Part shown: positions 9,060 through 17,877 of the stretch, piece after piece
Layout of the letters: the number at the start of each line of letters is the position of its first letter
Position numbering within the stretch: position 1 is the first letter of the stretch
Source of the DNA: Ignavibacteria bacterium UBA7675
Lineage (GTDB): Bacteria > Bacteroidota > Ignavibacteria > Kapaibacteriales > UB7675
Direction of reading: 5' to 3'
DNA length: 64,000 nt
Assembly: GCA_002483085.1 (NCBI GenBank)
Contig: DLHF01000046.1
Coordinates: 5,313 to 69,312, forward strand
Made by a program: the position numbers and the translations under genes
The notes under the pieces: model-generated
What the model was told of the DNA's origin: nothing
Seen by the model: the letters and a program-made list of their open reading frames with translations, nothing else
The model's database searches: none

Positions 9060-10682
9060 ATGCGCTACTTCCTTTCCCTCCTCTGGGTTTCTTCTCTGCT
9101 GGCTACTATGCCAACTTCCGCTGCCCCGAAAAAGACTCCTTTGCGCCTCCCCGCTGAGAGCGTTTCGGTATTTACTCCTGCCAAGGCTCGCAGCCACTTG
9201 GAATACCTCGCTTCTGATGCGCTGCTGGGGCGCAATACGCCAAGTCCTATGCTCGACACGGCTGCCGAATACATCGCTGCGCGCTTCCGCAGCTACGGCC
9301 TGCAGCCAGTCAATGGCACGTACTTCCACACATACACGCTCGAACGCGCGCGCCTTGGCGACACCCTCGAACTAAATATTACTTCTGGTGGCACGACGAC
9401 AAAGCTGGCGCTTAAGGGCGACTTCATTCCGTTTGTTCGCACTTCGGCAGCCGATATAGATAGCGCGGCAGTCGTATTTGTAGGCTATGGGATATCGGCC
9501 CCGCAGGAACGCTACGACGACTACGCAGGCATCGACGTGCGCGGTAAAATTGTCGTGGCGATTAAAGGCGAACCTCTTACATCCGATACAGCGCGGCTCA
9601 AAGGCCCGGCGGCCAGCCGCTATGCACAGACGTCTCACAAGATAAGTGCAGCATCCGACCACGGCGCAGCGGGTATTATTCTCGTGGGAGATGCTCTTCG
9701 CATGCGGCGCCTGCGTCCGGTGGGCTTTGCTTGGCCTTCTCTCTATCCGAAAATTCCCGCTGATGCTCTTCCGTTGGTTCTGCCTGATACTACACCTTCC
9801 ATTCCCGCTGTAGACGCAGGAGAGAAAGCTATCACAGCGCTGTTTGGCAGTGTGGAAGCACTGCGCGCCATCCAGTCGGCCATCGACAGCACGTACAAGC
9901 CCAACTCGTTCGTGGTCAAGGCTACTACTGCCCGGCTGCGTATCATGCTGCTCAGCGAACGCTACACGATCAGAAATGTGATGGGAGTCCTTCCTGGATC
10001 AGAACGACCAGACGAATACGTGGTACTCGGTGCACACTACGACCACGTTGGCTATTTTTCTCCCGGTGCACACGCTACTGAAATGAATGAAATGGAAAAT
10101 GGTGCCAGCACTCCGGTGGATTCGATTTACAATGGTGCCGACGACAATGCCTCGGGTACAACTGGGCTGCTGCTCGCTGCCGAAGCTATGCAACAAGCTC
10201 CCATACGGCCCCGCCGGAGTATCCTGTTCCTCGCCTTTAGCGGTGAAGAAAAAGGACTGCTCGGCTCCAAAGCTTTTGTGGACTCTTCCCCGATCCCGCT
10301 CTCTTCGATGGTCGCAATGCTCAATATGGACATGATTGGCCGCAATAGCAGCGATTCTTTGTCGATTGGAGGTAATACACGCTCGCCCGAGCTCGCTGCG
10401 TGGAACGAAGAAGCTAATAGCGCTCTTACCAAGCCGTTTACTCTCGCGTACAATATCGAAGAGTATTTTCTGCGAAGCGATCAAGCCAGTTTTGCGCTCA
10501 AGGGCATTCCTGTGCTGTTCTATCACAGCGGTGAGCACGCCGATTACCACCGCGTAGGCGACGAAGTATCAAAGATCAACTACGATAAGTTGGTCCGCTG
10601 TGCACAGCTCTGCGCCGGCACAGCATGGCACGCCGCTCAAGAGGCTATCAAACCTCGGTATGTACCAGACAACGAGAAGTAA
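9060..10682 (+). CDS. secreted M28-family zinc peptidase with PA domain
   Basis: Signal peptide MRYFLSLLWVSSLLATMPTSAAP. M28 metal ligands (GAHYDHVG, NGADDNASG, EEKGLLGS, LNMDMIG, H..GEHADYH). The listed ORF start at 8967 is upstream of the signal peptide. Confidence 0.8.
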   Translation: MRYFLSLLWVSSLLATMPTSAAPKKTPLRLPAESVSVFTPAKARSHLEYLASDALLGRNTPSPMLDTAAEYIAARFRSYGLQPVNGTYFHTYTLERARLGDTLELNITSGGTTTKLALKGDFIPFVRTSAADIDSAAVVFVGYGISAPQERYDDYAGIDVRGKIVVAIKGEPLTSDTARLKGPAASRYAQTSHKISAASDHGAAGIILVGDALRMRRLRPVGFAWPSLYPKIPADALPLVLPDTTPSIPAVDAGEKAITALFGSVEALRAIQSAIDSTYKPNSFVVKATTARLRIMLLSERYTIRNVMGVLPGSERPDEYVVLGAHYDHVGYFSPGAHATEMNEMENGASTPVDSIYNGADDNASGTTGLLLAAEAMQQAPIRPRRSILFLAFSGEEKGLLGSKAFVDSSPIPLSSMVAMLNMDMIGRNSSDSLSIGGNTRSPELAAWNEEANSALTKPFTLAYNIEEYFLRSDQASFALKGIPVLFYHSGEHADYHRVGDEVSKINYDKLVRCAQLCAGTAWHAAQEAIKPRYVPDNEK

Positions 10683-10695
10683 CAATGATTGCTGT

Positions 10696-10752
10696 GGCAC
10701 GGGCGTCTCCGCAGCCCCGCCGCGTCGCTGTCACCGGTCGCACATCCGGTTC
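10696..10752. repeat. solo module-A repeat copy
   Basis: GGCACGGGCGTCTCCGCAGCCCCGCCGCGTCGCTGTCACCGGTCGCACATCCGG. Confidence 0.6.
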
Positions 10753-10924
10753 TTGGTTGCCAAAAGTCTGTCGCTTGTTCTCTCATTCGCCGCAGAACAA
10801 TGGATTATCGCCTGTGTATCGCCTGGCCGCAAGAACAGCACAGACGAGCTCATGATAACTACAGCGCGGTGCAGAGGCCAGCACATGGCCGGAGACTGAA
10901 GCACCCACATTCATTGTGCAGTAA

Positions 10925-10960
10925 GCATAAAAACAAAGCCCGCCTGGAATCCAGACGGGC
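10925..10960 (-). terminator. hairpin terminator between convergent genes (better T-run on minus strand)
   Basis: AAAGCCCG-cctggaatccaga-CGGGCTTT. The minus-strand reading is followed by GTTTTTATG. Confidence 0.5.
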
Positions 10961-10992
10961 TTTGTTGCGTTCTGCAAAATCTGCGAGAAAGA

Positions 10993-12339
10993 CTACTGCT
11001 TATACTGTGCGTCTTTGATTTCCCAGTAGATCGTGTTGCGAAGTTCTTTCACCCAGTCTTCGTACATTTTATTGCGTTTAAACATCGTAGCGTACTGCTC
11101 TACGCGCTTCAGATCATTTTCCAACGACATAATATGTTCGGGAACTTTCGCCTTGCGATACACAATGCGGAACCCCACTTTAGTCGGGCTTCCCGCATAC
11201 GGTATCGGATCGCTTACACCGCCATCGGGCAAAGCTGTCACCGCGCTGCCAAGATCACCGAGCCGAGCTGCTTCCACAGGGCCAATAGCACCACCAAAGG
11301 CTTTTGTTTCTTCGTCTTCGGAATTCTCACGTGCCAGGTCCTCGAAATTCGCACCACCTTCAACCTGCTTTTTCAATTCTGCAAGAGCGGCCTTTGTTCT
11401 CTCTACATCATCGCCGGACTGGCCAATTTTAAAGAGAATGTGCCTTGTATTCACCGATCCCTCCCGCTTTTCTACGAGCTGGATGAGATGAAACCCGAAA
11501 GGAGTCTCTATCGGATCAGAAATCTCATTGGGCTTCAGCGAATACGCTATCTTCTCGTACTCAGGCACGAGCTTTCCTTTATTGACAAATCCGAGGTCGC
11601 CACCCGAAGCAGCCGAGCCAGCGTCGGCACTGTATCTTTTCGCAAAGGCAGCAAAATCACCACCTGCGAGAATTGAATCGCGCACACGCCGGGCGAGATT
11701 GCTCGCCTCATCTTTGGCGGCAGTTGTCGCATCAACGTATTTCACAATATGGTAGAGTTCGTATTGTTCTGGCACAAGCGGCAGCGAATCGCGGTAATCG
11801 CGGAAGAATGTCTCCACCTCGCGTTGCGAAGGCTTGATATCCATAAACTTCTGCTGCTTTTTGCGTTCGGTGAGCAACTGCTTGCGAATCTCGTCGCGAA
11901 AATCGCGGCGGATACGGGCAATGCTCATACCATAGACCTCTTCCACGCGCTTTTCGGAACCGAGCTGCTGCACAAGCGACTGGATCTGAAAATTGAGACG
12001 CTCGGTCACTTCATCATCAGTCACATTCACACTGTCCTCTATGGCCCTGACAAGAATGAGTTTTTCGTTGACAAGCGCATCGAGAATACGGTGCAGAATT
12101 TCCGGATTATTCGGATCTTTCATCACCGAGGGATCCTGCTGGGCGAGCAGCGCCATCTGTGTTTGGACATCCGACTGAAGAATTACTTCATTGCCCGCAA
12201 CAGCCACAATTTTGTCTACCGACTGTCCTTCCTTCACCTGCGCCTGTGCCAGCGGCAGACAAAGGCAGAACGCCAGAGCAAACAACTGAGTACAACGCGC
12301 TACGGCTCTTTTTCTCGCGAGAATAGTCTTAACCACCAT
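10993..12339 (-). CDS. SurA-like periplasmic chaperone/peptidyl-prolyl cis-trans isomerase (parvulin domains)
   Basis: Signal peptide MVVKTILARKRAVARCTQLFALAFCLCLPLAQA (start at internal ATG). PpiC/parvulin segments (SVNTRHILFKIG...ISDPIETPFGFHLIQLVEKRE). Confidence 0.75.
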   Translation of the reverse strand: MVVKTILARKRAVARCTQLFALAFCLCLPLAQAQVKEGQSVDKIVAVAGNEVILQSDVQTQMALLAQQDPSVMKDPNNPEILHRILDALVNEKLILVRAIEDSVNVTDDEVTERLNFQIQSLVQQLGSEKRVEEVYGMSIARIRRDFRDEIRKQLLTERKKQQKFMDIKPSQREVETFFRDYRDSLPLVPEQYELYHIVKYVDATTAAKDEASNLARRVRDSILAGGDFAAFAKRYSADAGSAASGGDLGFVNKGKLVPEYEKIAYSLKPNEISDPIETPFGFHLIQLVEKREGSVNTRHILFKIGQSGDDVERTKAALAELKKQVEGGANFEDLARENSEDEETKAFGGAIGPVEAARLGDLGSAVTALPDGGVSDPIPYAGSPTKVGFRIVYRKAKVPEHIMSLENDLKRVEQYATMFKRNKMYEDWVKELRNTIYWEIKDAQYKQ

Positions 12340-14443
12340 GACTCCAGATCGAATTAATGGTATCATTCTTAATTGCTACGGGATATTTCAAGCGAAGACG
12401 CTCGATCCACTGGCGAGTCAACTGCTTTTGCATCAAGTCCTGGAACGTAACAGCGAAATCGGGAATAGCTTCCTCAAACGTCTTGGTGCGCGGGGATTCG
12501 ATAGCATTTACACGGGCAATTATATAGCCATTGTCCATTTTTACCGGCCCTATCACATCATTTAGTTTTGGCTGCTTTTCGGCTACAGCGGCTGCAGTTC
12601 TGTTTTCTTTTGCTGTCACCAAGCCGAGCCTGCCGTTTTTCTCACGCAGCCCTTTGCGCTGCGTGTGCTTTGCCGCCAGTTCCTCAAAGAGCTTGCCATC
12701 GGTCTGATAGACGCGTGTAGCCTCATCGTAAAGGCTTTTCGCCAGCGTGTCGGAAGTGACGAATATCTCCGTAAGATCGTATTTCGCCTCGGTCATATAT
12801 TTGTTTTTTGTCGAGTCGTAATACACACGGGCACGGGTAGAATCAAACTTCAGTTTGCTCCATACTTCTTGGTCTTCGATACGGAAAGCCAGGAGAGCGT
12901 CGTGGTATTCTTTCATCAGCGCAGCAAATTCCGGGTATTGCCGTTCGAGGTTTTCAGTAGCGCGAGCAAGCACTTTTGCTTCGACCAACCTTTTAGCGGC
13001 GCGCTCAAAGCCATCGCGTGTAAGCGGCACCCCTCGCATATCCGGGCGTTTTTTCACAGAGTCCACAAATGCTTGTACTGTCATCATATCTTGGCGGTTG
13101 CCGTACAGGTTACTGCCAATCGTCGCTTTTGTAAGGCCAGCGCTCCATGCAGTGTCGAGTGTCGATTTTGTAGAATCTACATTTGCAAACACTTCGCGCA
13201 GCGTCGCTTCATTCCAAGCATAGCCATAAGCCGTGCGCAGCGAGTCGATAAACTGCTCGCGGTCGCGCTCAAAATACTGTCGTTTGTACAGCTTCTTCAG
13301 CGTTTCGTACTCATCTGCACGCGTAAAGAGCTTGGTAGAATCACGCCGGATAATATGGAACCCGTAGGTTGTCTGCACTACCGGCGACAATTCCCCATCA
13401 CGCAGTTTATACAGAGCGTCTTCAAACTCAGGCACGAGTCTGCCCGGGCTGCTTTCAAAGCCGAGGGATCGTGTGTACAGGCTTGTCAGATCGCCGCCAC
13501 GAGTAGCACTAGTGTGGTCGTCGGAATGCTCCTTTGCCATTGCTGTAAAATCAGCTTTACCCGTTGCAACTACACGGCGCAAGCTGTCGGCAACATGATA
13601 CGCAGTTGCGCTGTCGCGCTCTGCTGTTGTGCTTATTAGAATATGGCTGCCGCGCACACGCTGGCGCGGTTCATCTTTTATCAGCTTGATGATAAAGTAG
13701 CCAAAGCGAGTGCGAACCGGCTGTTGGGTGTACTGTCCGGGCTTCAGGCTAAAAGCTGCGTCTTCTACTTCGCGGAGAATCATCCCGCCAGTAATGTAGG
13801 GAATTTCCCCACCACCAACGCGCGACTGCTCATCGTCGGAAGAATCGCGTGCGAGCTGTGCAAAATCGCCTCCCGCTTTTAGCTGGCGAAGTACGCCCAT
13901 TGCCTTGTTGTACGCCTGCATTGTATCAGCATCGGACGCTTGAGTAACCCCCATAAGAATAACAGCTATTTTCAGCTCTCTTTTTCGGCGCTCTACTAAA
14001 GCATCTACATTCGGATCGGTCAGTTTTTTCTCCAGCAAAAACGCCGGAGCAAGAGCTGCACGGTTCTCCCGGATGTCGGCCAAGACGGCTGAGTCCTTTG
14101 CAAAACCGAGTCCAACAGCTTCCTGTACCTTGAGCCTATAGTTTACATACATGTCCAGAAAATCATAAACGCTGTCGCGCTGAATATCCAGCAGCGAAGA
14201 ATCTTTCCGCGTCATAGTTTTGCGGTATGCATCCTGGAGCTGTCCATATGTAACATCTTCATTTCCCGCTTTGGCGAGAATAGCAGAAGACAGCTTAGAG
14301 ACATACTTTTTCTCGTCTGTCACCTGATTTTTTGTGGGCTTTTTTTTCGACGACTGCGCCTGGGCTGATGTACCGGATAGTACAGTGGAGACGACAATCG
14401 CCAGGCCGCAAACGGTGTTAAGAAGCGACTTAAACGACATCAT
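12329..14443 (-). CDS. large SurA/PpiD-like peptidyl-prolyl isomerase (two parvulin domains)
   Basis: Signal peptide MMSFKSLLNTVCGLAIVVSTVLSGTSAQA. Parvulin motifs (SHILISTT...GGDLTSLYTRSLGF...TYGFHIIRRD; GGEIPYITGGMIL...GYFIIKL). Confidence 0.7.
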   Translation of the reverse strand: MMSFKSLLNTVCGLAIVVSTVLSGTSAQAQSSKKKPTKNQVTDEKKYVSKLSSAILAKAGNEDVTYGQLQDAYRKTMTRKDSSLLDIQRDSVYDFLDMYVNYRLKVQEAVGLGFAKDSAVLADIRENRAALAPAFLLEKKLTDPNVDALVERRKRELKIAVILMGVTQASDADTMQAYNKAMGVLRQLKAGGDFAQLARDSSDDEQSRVGGGEIPYITGGMILREVEDAAFSLKPGQYTQQPVRTRFGYFIIKLIKDEPRQRVRGSHILISTTAERDSATAYHVADSLRRVVATGKADFTAMAKEHSDDHTSATRGGDLTSLYTRSLGFESSPGRLVPEFEDALYKLRDGELSPVVQTTYGFHIIRRDSTKLFTRADEYETLKKLYKRQYFERDREQFIDSLRTAYGYAWNEATLREVFANVDSTKSTLDTAWSAGLTKATIGSNLYGNRQDMMTVQAFVDSVKKRPDMRGVPLTRDGFERAAKRLVEAKVLARATENLERQYPEFAALMKEYHDALLAFRIEDQEVWSKLKFDSTRARVYYDSTKNKYMTEAKYDLTEIFVTSDTLAKSLYDEATRVYQTDGKLFEELAAKHTQRKGLREKNGRLGLVTAKENRTAAAVAEKQPKLNDVIGPVKMDNGYIIARVNAIESPRTKTFEEAIPDFAVTFQDLMQKQLTRQWIERLRLKYPVAIKNDTINSIWSHGG

Positions 14444-14539
14444 ACCTTTGGGGCATTAGTGGAACAATTTGAAAAATGAACATACGTAGGAACCCGCAAA
14501 TTTGCCAAACTCCCGTATGATATGCAAGTATAGTGCATT

Positions 14540-15910
14540 CTACGGCCTGTTCAGAAAGTCCGTACCAACTTTCCAAATGTCGCCTGCACCCAGTGTAAGC
14601 ACGATATCTCCTTCCCGTACAAGCGATTCCAGCAAATCAGTAATTTCTTCCTTATGAGGCAAATAATGCACGTTGCGATGCCCAAACTGGCGGGCAGCAT
14701 GCGCTACGAGCTCGCCAGTAACGCCCTCAATAGGCTGCTCGCGGGCGGGATAGACATCGGTGACAATGAGGACATCGGCATTGCCAAACGACTTGCCAAA
14801 GTCGGCGTAAAAATCGCGTGTCCGTGTAAATGTATGCGGCTGAAAAACACAGATAATGCGGTTGTTCCATCCGTCGCGGGTTGCCTGAAGAGTAGCTAAT
14901 ACCTCTGTGGGATGATGTGCATAGTCATCGATCACAAGTACACCTTGCCGCTCTCCTTTTACTTCAAAGCGCCTGTACACGCCCGAGAACTCTCGAAGCG
15001 CGTCGGCAATTATTTCAAACGGAATGCCTAATTTCAGCCCTACTGCCACCGATGCTAATGCGTTCTTGATGTTGTGCAGTCCGGGTATGTTGAGCTCCAT
15101 CGTGCCCATTGGCTCGTCGTTGTACAGTACTGTGCTGCGCGAGGAACGCTGGCGAAAGGTAATGTCTACAGCGCGCACTTCGCATTGCGGCGTCAGCCCA
15201 TATGTCACCTTCGGCTTGTTGATGGCAGGCAGCAATTCCATCGTATGGGGGTCGTCCAGGCATAATGCTACATAGCCGTAAAAGGGCACCTTGCCTGCAA
15301 ATTCGGCAAAAGTCGTCCGCAAGTCGTCGAGGTCTTTGTAGATGTCGGTGTGGTCTTCTTCCACATTGGTGATCACGGCAATGGTAGGCAGCAGTTGCAA
15401 AAACGATCTGTCGTATTCATCGGCTTCCACCACCGTCCATTCGCCATGCCCCAGCCGCGCATTGGTTCCGCCCAAGCCCTTTAGCCTGCCACCGACGATC
15501 ACCGTAGGGTCTAAACCGCCTTTCATCAGCACCAAGCCGCACATCGAGGTTGTCGTGGTCTTGCCGTGTGTGCCACCTATAGCGAGGCAATAGTTGAGCC
15601 GCGTCACTTCACCGAGCATTTCGGCTCGGCGAATAGTGGGAATATTGCGCAGCAAAGCTTCTGTTGTTTCAGGGTTTTCTGTAAGCCTGACTGCGCTCGA
15701 ATACACAACGACATCTGCGTTATGCACATGCTCCGCACTGTGCCCTTCGTAGATCACTGCGCCAAGCGATGCCAAGTAGTCGGTGCTTTCCGACCGCTGG
15801 AGGTCTGAGCCGCTTACGCGAAATCCCTGGTCGATAAGAATCTCGGCGATACCGCTCATGCCAATACCACCAATGCCCACAAAATGAATATTCCTTACAG
15901 AAGCAAACAT
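14540..15910 (-). CDS. murC: UDP-N-acetylmuramate--L-alanine ligase
   Basis: VGIGGIGMSGIAEIL nucleotide-binding N-terminus, GTHGKTTTTSM P-loop, Mur ligase middle and C-terminal domains. Confidence 0.9.
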   Translation of the reverse strand: MFASVRNIHFVGIGGIGMSGIAEILIDQGFRVSGSDLQRSESTDYLASLGAVIYEGHSAEHVHNADVVVYSSAVRLTENPETTEALLRNIPTIRRAEMLGEVTRLNYCLAIGGTHGKTTTTSMCGLVLMKGGLDPTVIVGGRLKGLGGTNARLGHGEWTVVEADEYDRSFLQLLPTIAVITNVEEDHTDIYKDLDDLRTTFAEFAGKVPFYGYVALCLDDPHTMELLPAINKPKVTYGLTPQCEVRAVDITFRQRSSRSTVLYNDEPMGTMELNIPGLHNIKNALASVAVGLKLGIPFEIIADALREFSGVYRRFEVKGERQGVLVIDDYAHHPTEVLATLQATRDGWNNRIICVFQPHTFTRTRDFYADFGKSFGNADVLIVTDVYPAREQPIEGVTGELVAHAARQFGHRNVHYLPHKEEITDLLESLVREGDIVLTLGAGDIWKVGTDFLNRP

Positions 15911-16049
15911 AGTCCTTCCTGCTTATAAAATACAAAAGCCCGTTTTTCCGGGCTTCCTCTCGCAATACAAAGTTTATTACTGGAACAGCACCGCCGCTCT
16001 CTTACCCGGCAATCGCAAAGATAAATCACAAAGATAGAAATGCGGTTGT

Positions 16050-16115
16050 GCGCTTCGGCCTTCGCTCATACGCTTTGTCTCCGCACCGCGCTGCACAGCC
16101 GCTGCGTGGATTGCC
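16050..16115. repeat. solo module-B repeat copy
   Basis: GCGCTTCGGCCTTCGCTC...GTCTCCGCACCGCGCTGCACAGCCGCTGCGTGG. Confidence 0.6.
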
Positions 16116-16150
16116 AGCATCCATCGCAAGGCAGTTCGCTGCCTGTAGCT

Positions 16151-16723
16151 TCAGTTGGCGCTACCCGTGCTTTGCGGCTCAAGTGTTTTACTCATCACAA
16201 TACTGCGGTAGTTCGTAACGCTCCACTGCACATGGCCTACCGAACGATACCCACGGCTACTGTAGTAGTGTATAAGATGGTGTGCACCTTCGGCAGTGTC
16301 TAATGCGAGTTCCTCGGCACCATTGCGATACGCATACAGCTCAATAATATCCATGAGCTTGCTTCCTATTCCATAGCGCTGTAGCTGCGGGTCGACGGCA
16401 AACTGGCCAAACCGCCACACTCCCTGCTGCTTATACCACTGGCATGCTCCTTCCGGTTTTGCTGTATTGTACAAGCACACCGTAGCCACAGGCTCGCCTT
16501 TGTATTCACCCACCCAGCAGAAGGCATCCTGTACCCGTGAAGCGGTGTCCTCTTCGGTCTGGTGTGTGGCAAAAAAGCGAAAACCCATAGCTGCAAGCGA
16601 ACCATAAGCGCGGTGCAAAAGCTCAGTAAGAGCAGCAAAGGAATCGCCGTCGGCTAAAGGCCGGATAGATATCTGCCCTCCTTCGGGCAGCAAAAAATAC
16701 TCGGTTGCAGCGTTAAAGAGCAC
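16151..16723 (-). CDS. GNAT-family N-acetyltransferase
   Basis: 190 aa. Acetyl-CoA binding motif region (QLQRYGIGSKLMDIIELYAYRNGAEEL). Confidence 0.6.
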   Translation of the reverse strand: MLFNAATEYFLLPEGGQISIRPLADGDSFAALTELLHRAYGSLAAMGFRFFATHQTEEDTASRVQDAFCWVGEYKGEPVATVCLYNTAKPEGACQWYKQQGVWRFGQFAVDPQLQRYGIGSKLMDIIELYAYRNGAEELALDTAEGAHHLIHYYSSRGYRSVGHVQWSVTNYRSIVMSKTLEPQSTGSAN

Positions 16724-16744
16724 ACAAAACTCCTTTTCTGCCGA

Positions 16745-17866
16745 TCAATGAGCCACAGGAAGTACCACCGTAACTGTAGTCTGTACTCCTACTTCGCTGT
16801 CAATAGTAAATTGTCCATCGTGTAGCTCGGCAAGCATTTTAGAAATGACTAAGCCAAGCCCGACGCCCTGCTGTTCGTACACATCCCGGCGGAACTGATT
16901 GTAAGCACCTATGCTTTCAATCTGGTCGTGGGTCATCCCTCTACCACCGTCGTGGATGGAAATAACATACGAGCCATTTTCCAGCGCACAACGCACACGT
17001 ACAGGCGTGCCTGCTTCCGAGAACTTAAAGGCATTGCTCAACAGCTCCTGTGCTATTTTGTACAGGTTCTCCGACGACATTCGCAGCTTTGCTTCGCAGA
17101 TATCGAGCGACAGATCGCTTTCACGCCCATTATCGCGCGAGGCAATAGTAGCTATATCGGCAATAATCTCGCTGGCGTTTTCCACGGTGAAGCGCTTGAG
17201 CTCTTCCACCGCTTCGGGCTTGCCCGCAATCGAAGTAATCTGCGTGTACACCAGGAAGTTCTCGGTCATCTTGTGCAAACGACGGCCAGAATCCTTGATC
17301 GCTACAGCCATTTCCAACAGTTCATCAGCATCTATGACATAGCTAGTATTCGACATTTGCGACATTTTCGCCATATCGATGATAATGTCAGAATAGCCGA
17401 GAATACCGTTGAGAGCCGTGCGGAACTCATGCGGCAAAGCATAGGAAATATTGCCGCGCAGCACTTCGAGCTTTTCCTCGTAGTGCTGCGCCACTTTCTC
17501 CTGCTTGGCCAGTTGCGTTGTAACAGCCGCGATAAGTTCAGTAGCTGTAAACGGTTTTGTAAGGTAGTCGTCTGCCCCGAGTTCCATCCCGCGCCGCATA
17601 TCAGCTTTTTCGGCCTTCGCAGTAAGGAAGATAAACGGCACCGTACCGAGCTCCTTGTTTTTGCGTAGTTCGCCCAGCACACCAAATCCATCCATGCGCG
17701 GCATCGAAACATCGCACAAGATCAAATCCGGCTTGCAGCTAGCAATAGCCTCAAGCCCTGCTACGCCGTCCTCGGCCACGCATGTGTCATATCCTTCAAA
17801 CCGAAGGGTTGTTGCAATGGTTTCGCTGATAAAATCAGTGTCTTCGATAATCAGTATCGTTTTCAT
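16745..17866 (-). CDS. hybrid response-regulator receiver / histidine-kinase-like protein (paralogue of 4488-5618)
   Basis: Start at internal ATG (MKTILIIEDTD). The listed ORF extends to 18127. REC domain, then ALPHEFRTALNGILG H-box-like motif and HATPase (GVGLGLVISK). Confidence 0.75.
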   Translation of the reverse strand: MKTILIIEDTDFISETIATTLRFEGYDTCVAEDGVAGLEAIASCKPDLILCDVSMPRMDGFGVLGELRKNKELGTVPFIFLTAKAEKADMRRGMELGADDYLTKPFTATELIAAVTTQLAKQEKVAQHYEEKLEVLRGNISYALPHEFRTALNGILGYSDIIIDMAKMSQMSNTSYVIDADELLEMAVAIKDSGRRLHKMTENFLVYTQITSIAGKPEAVEELKRFTVENASEIIADIATIASRDNGRESDLSLDICEAKLRMSSENLYKIAQELLSNAFKFSEAGTPVRVRCALENGSYVISIHDGGRGMTHDQIESIGAYNQFRRDVYEQQGVGLGLVISKMLAELHDGQFTIDSEVGVQTTVTVVLPVAH

Positions 17867-17877
17867 TGCCCTGATTG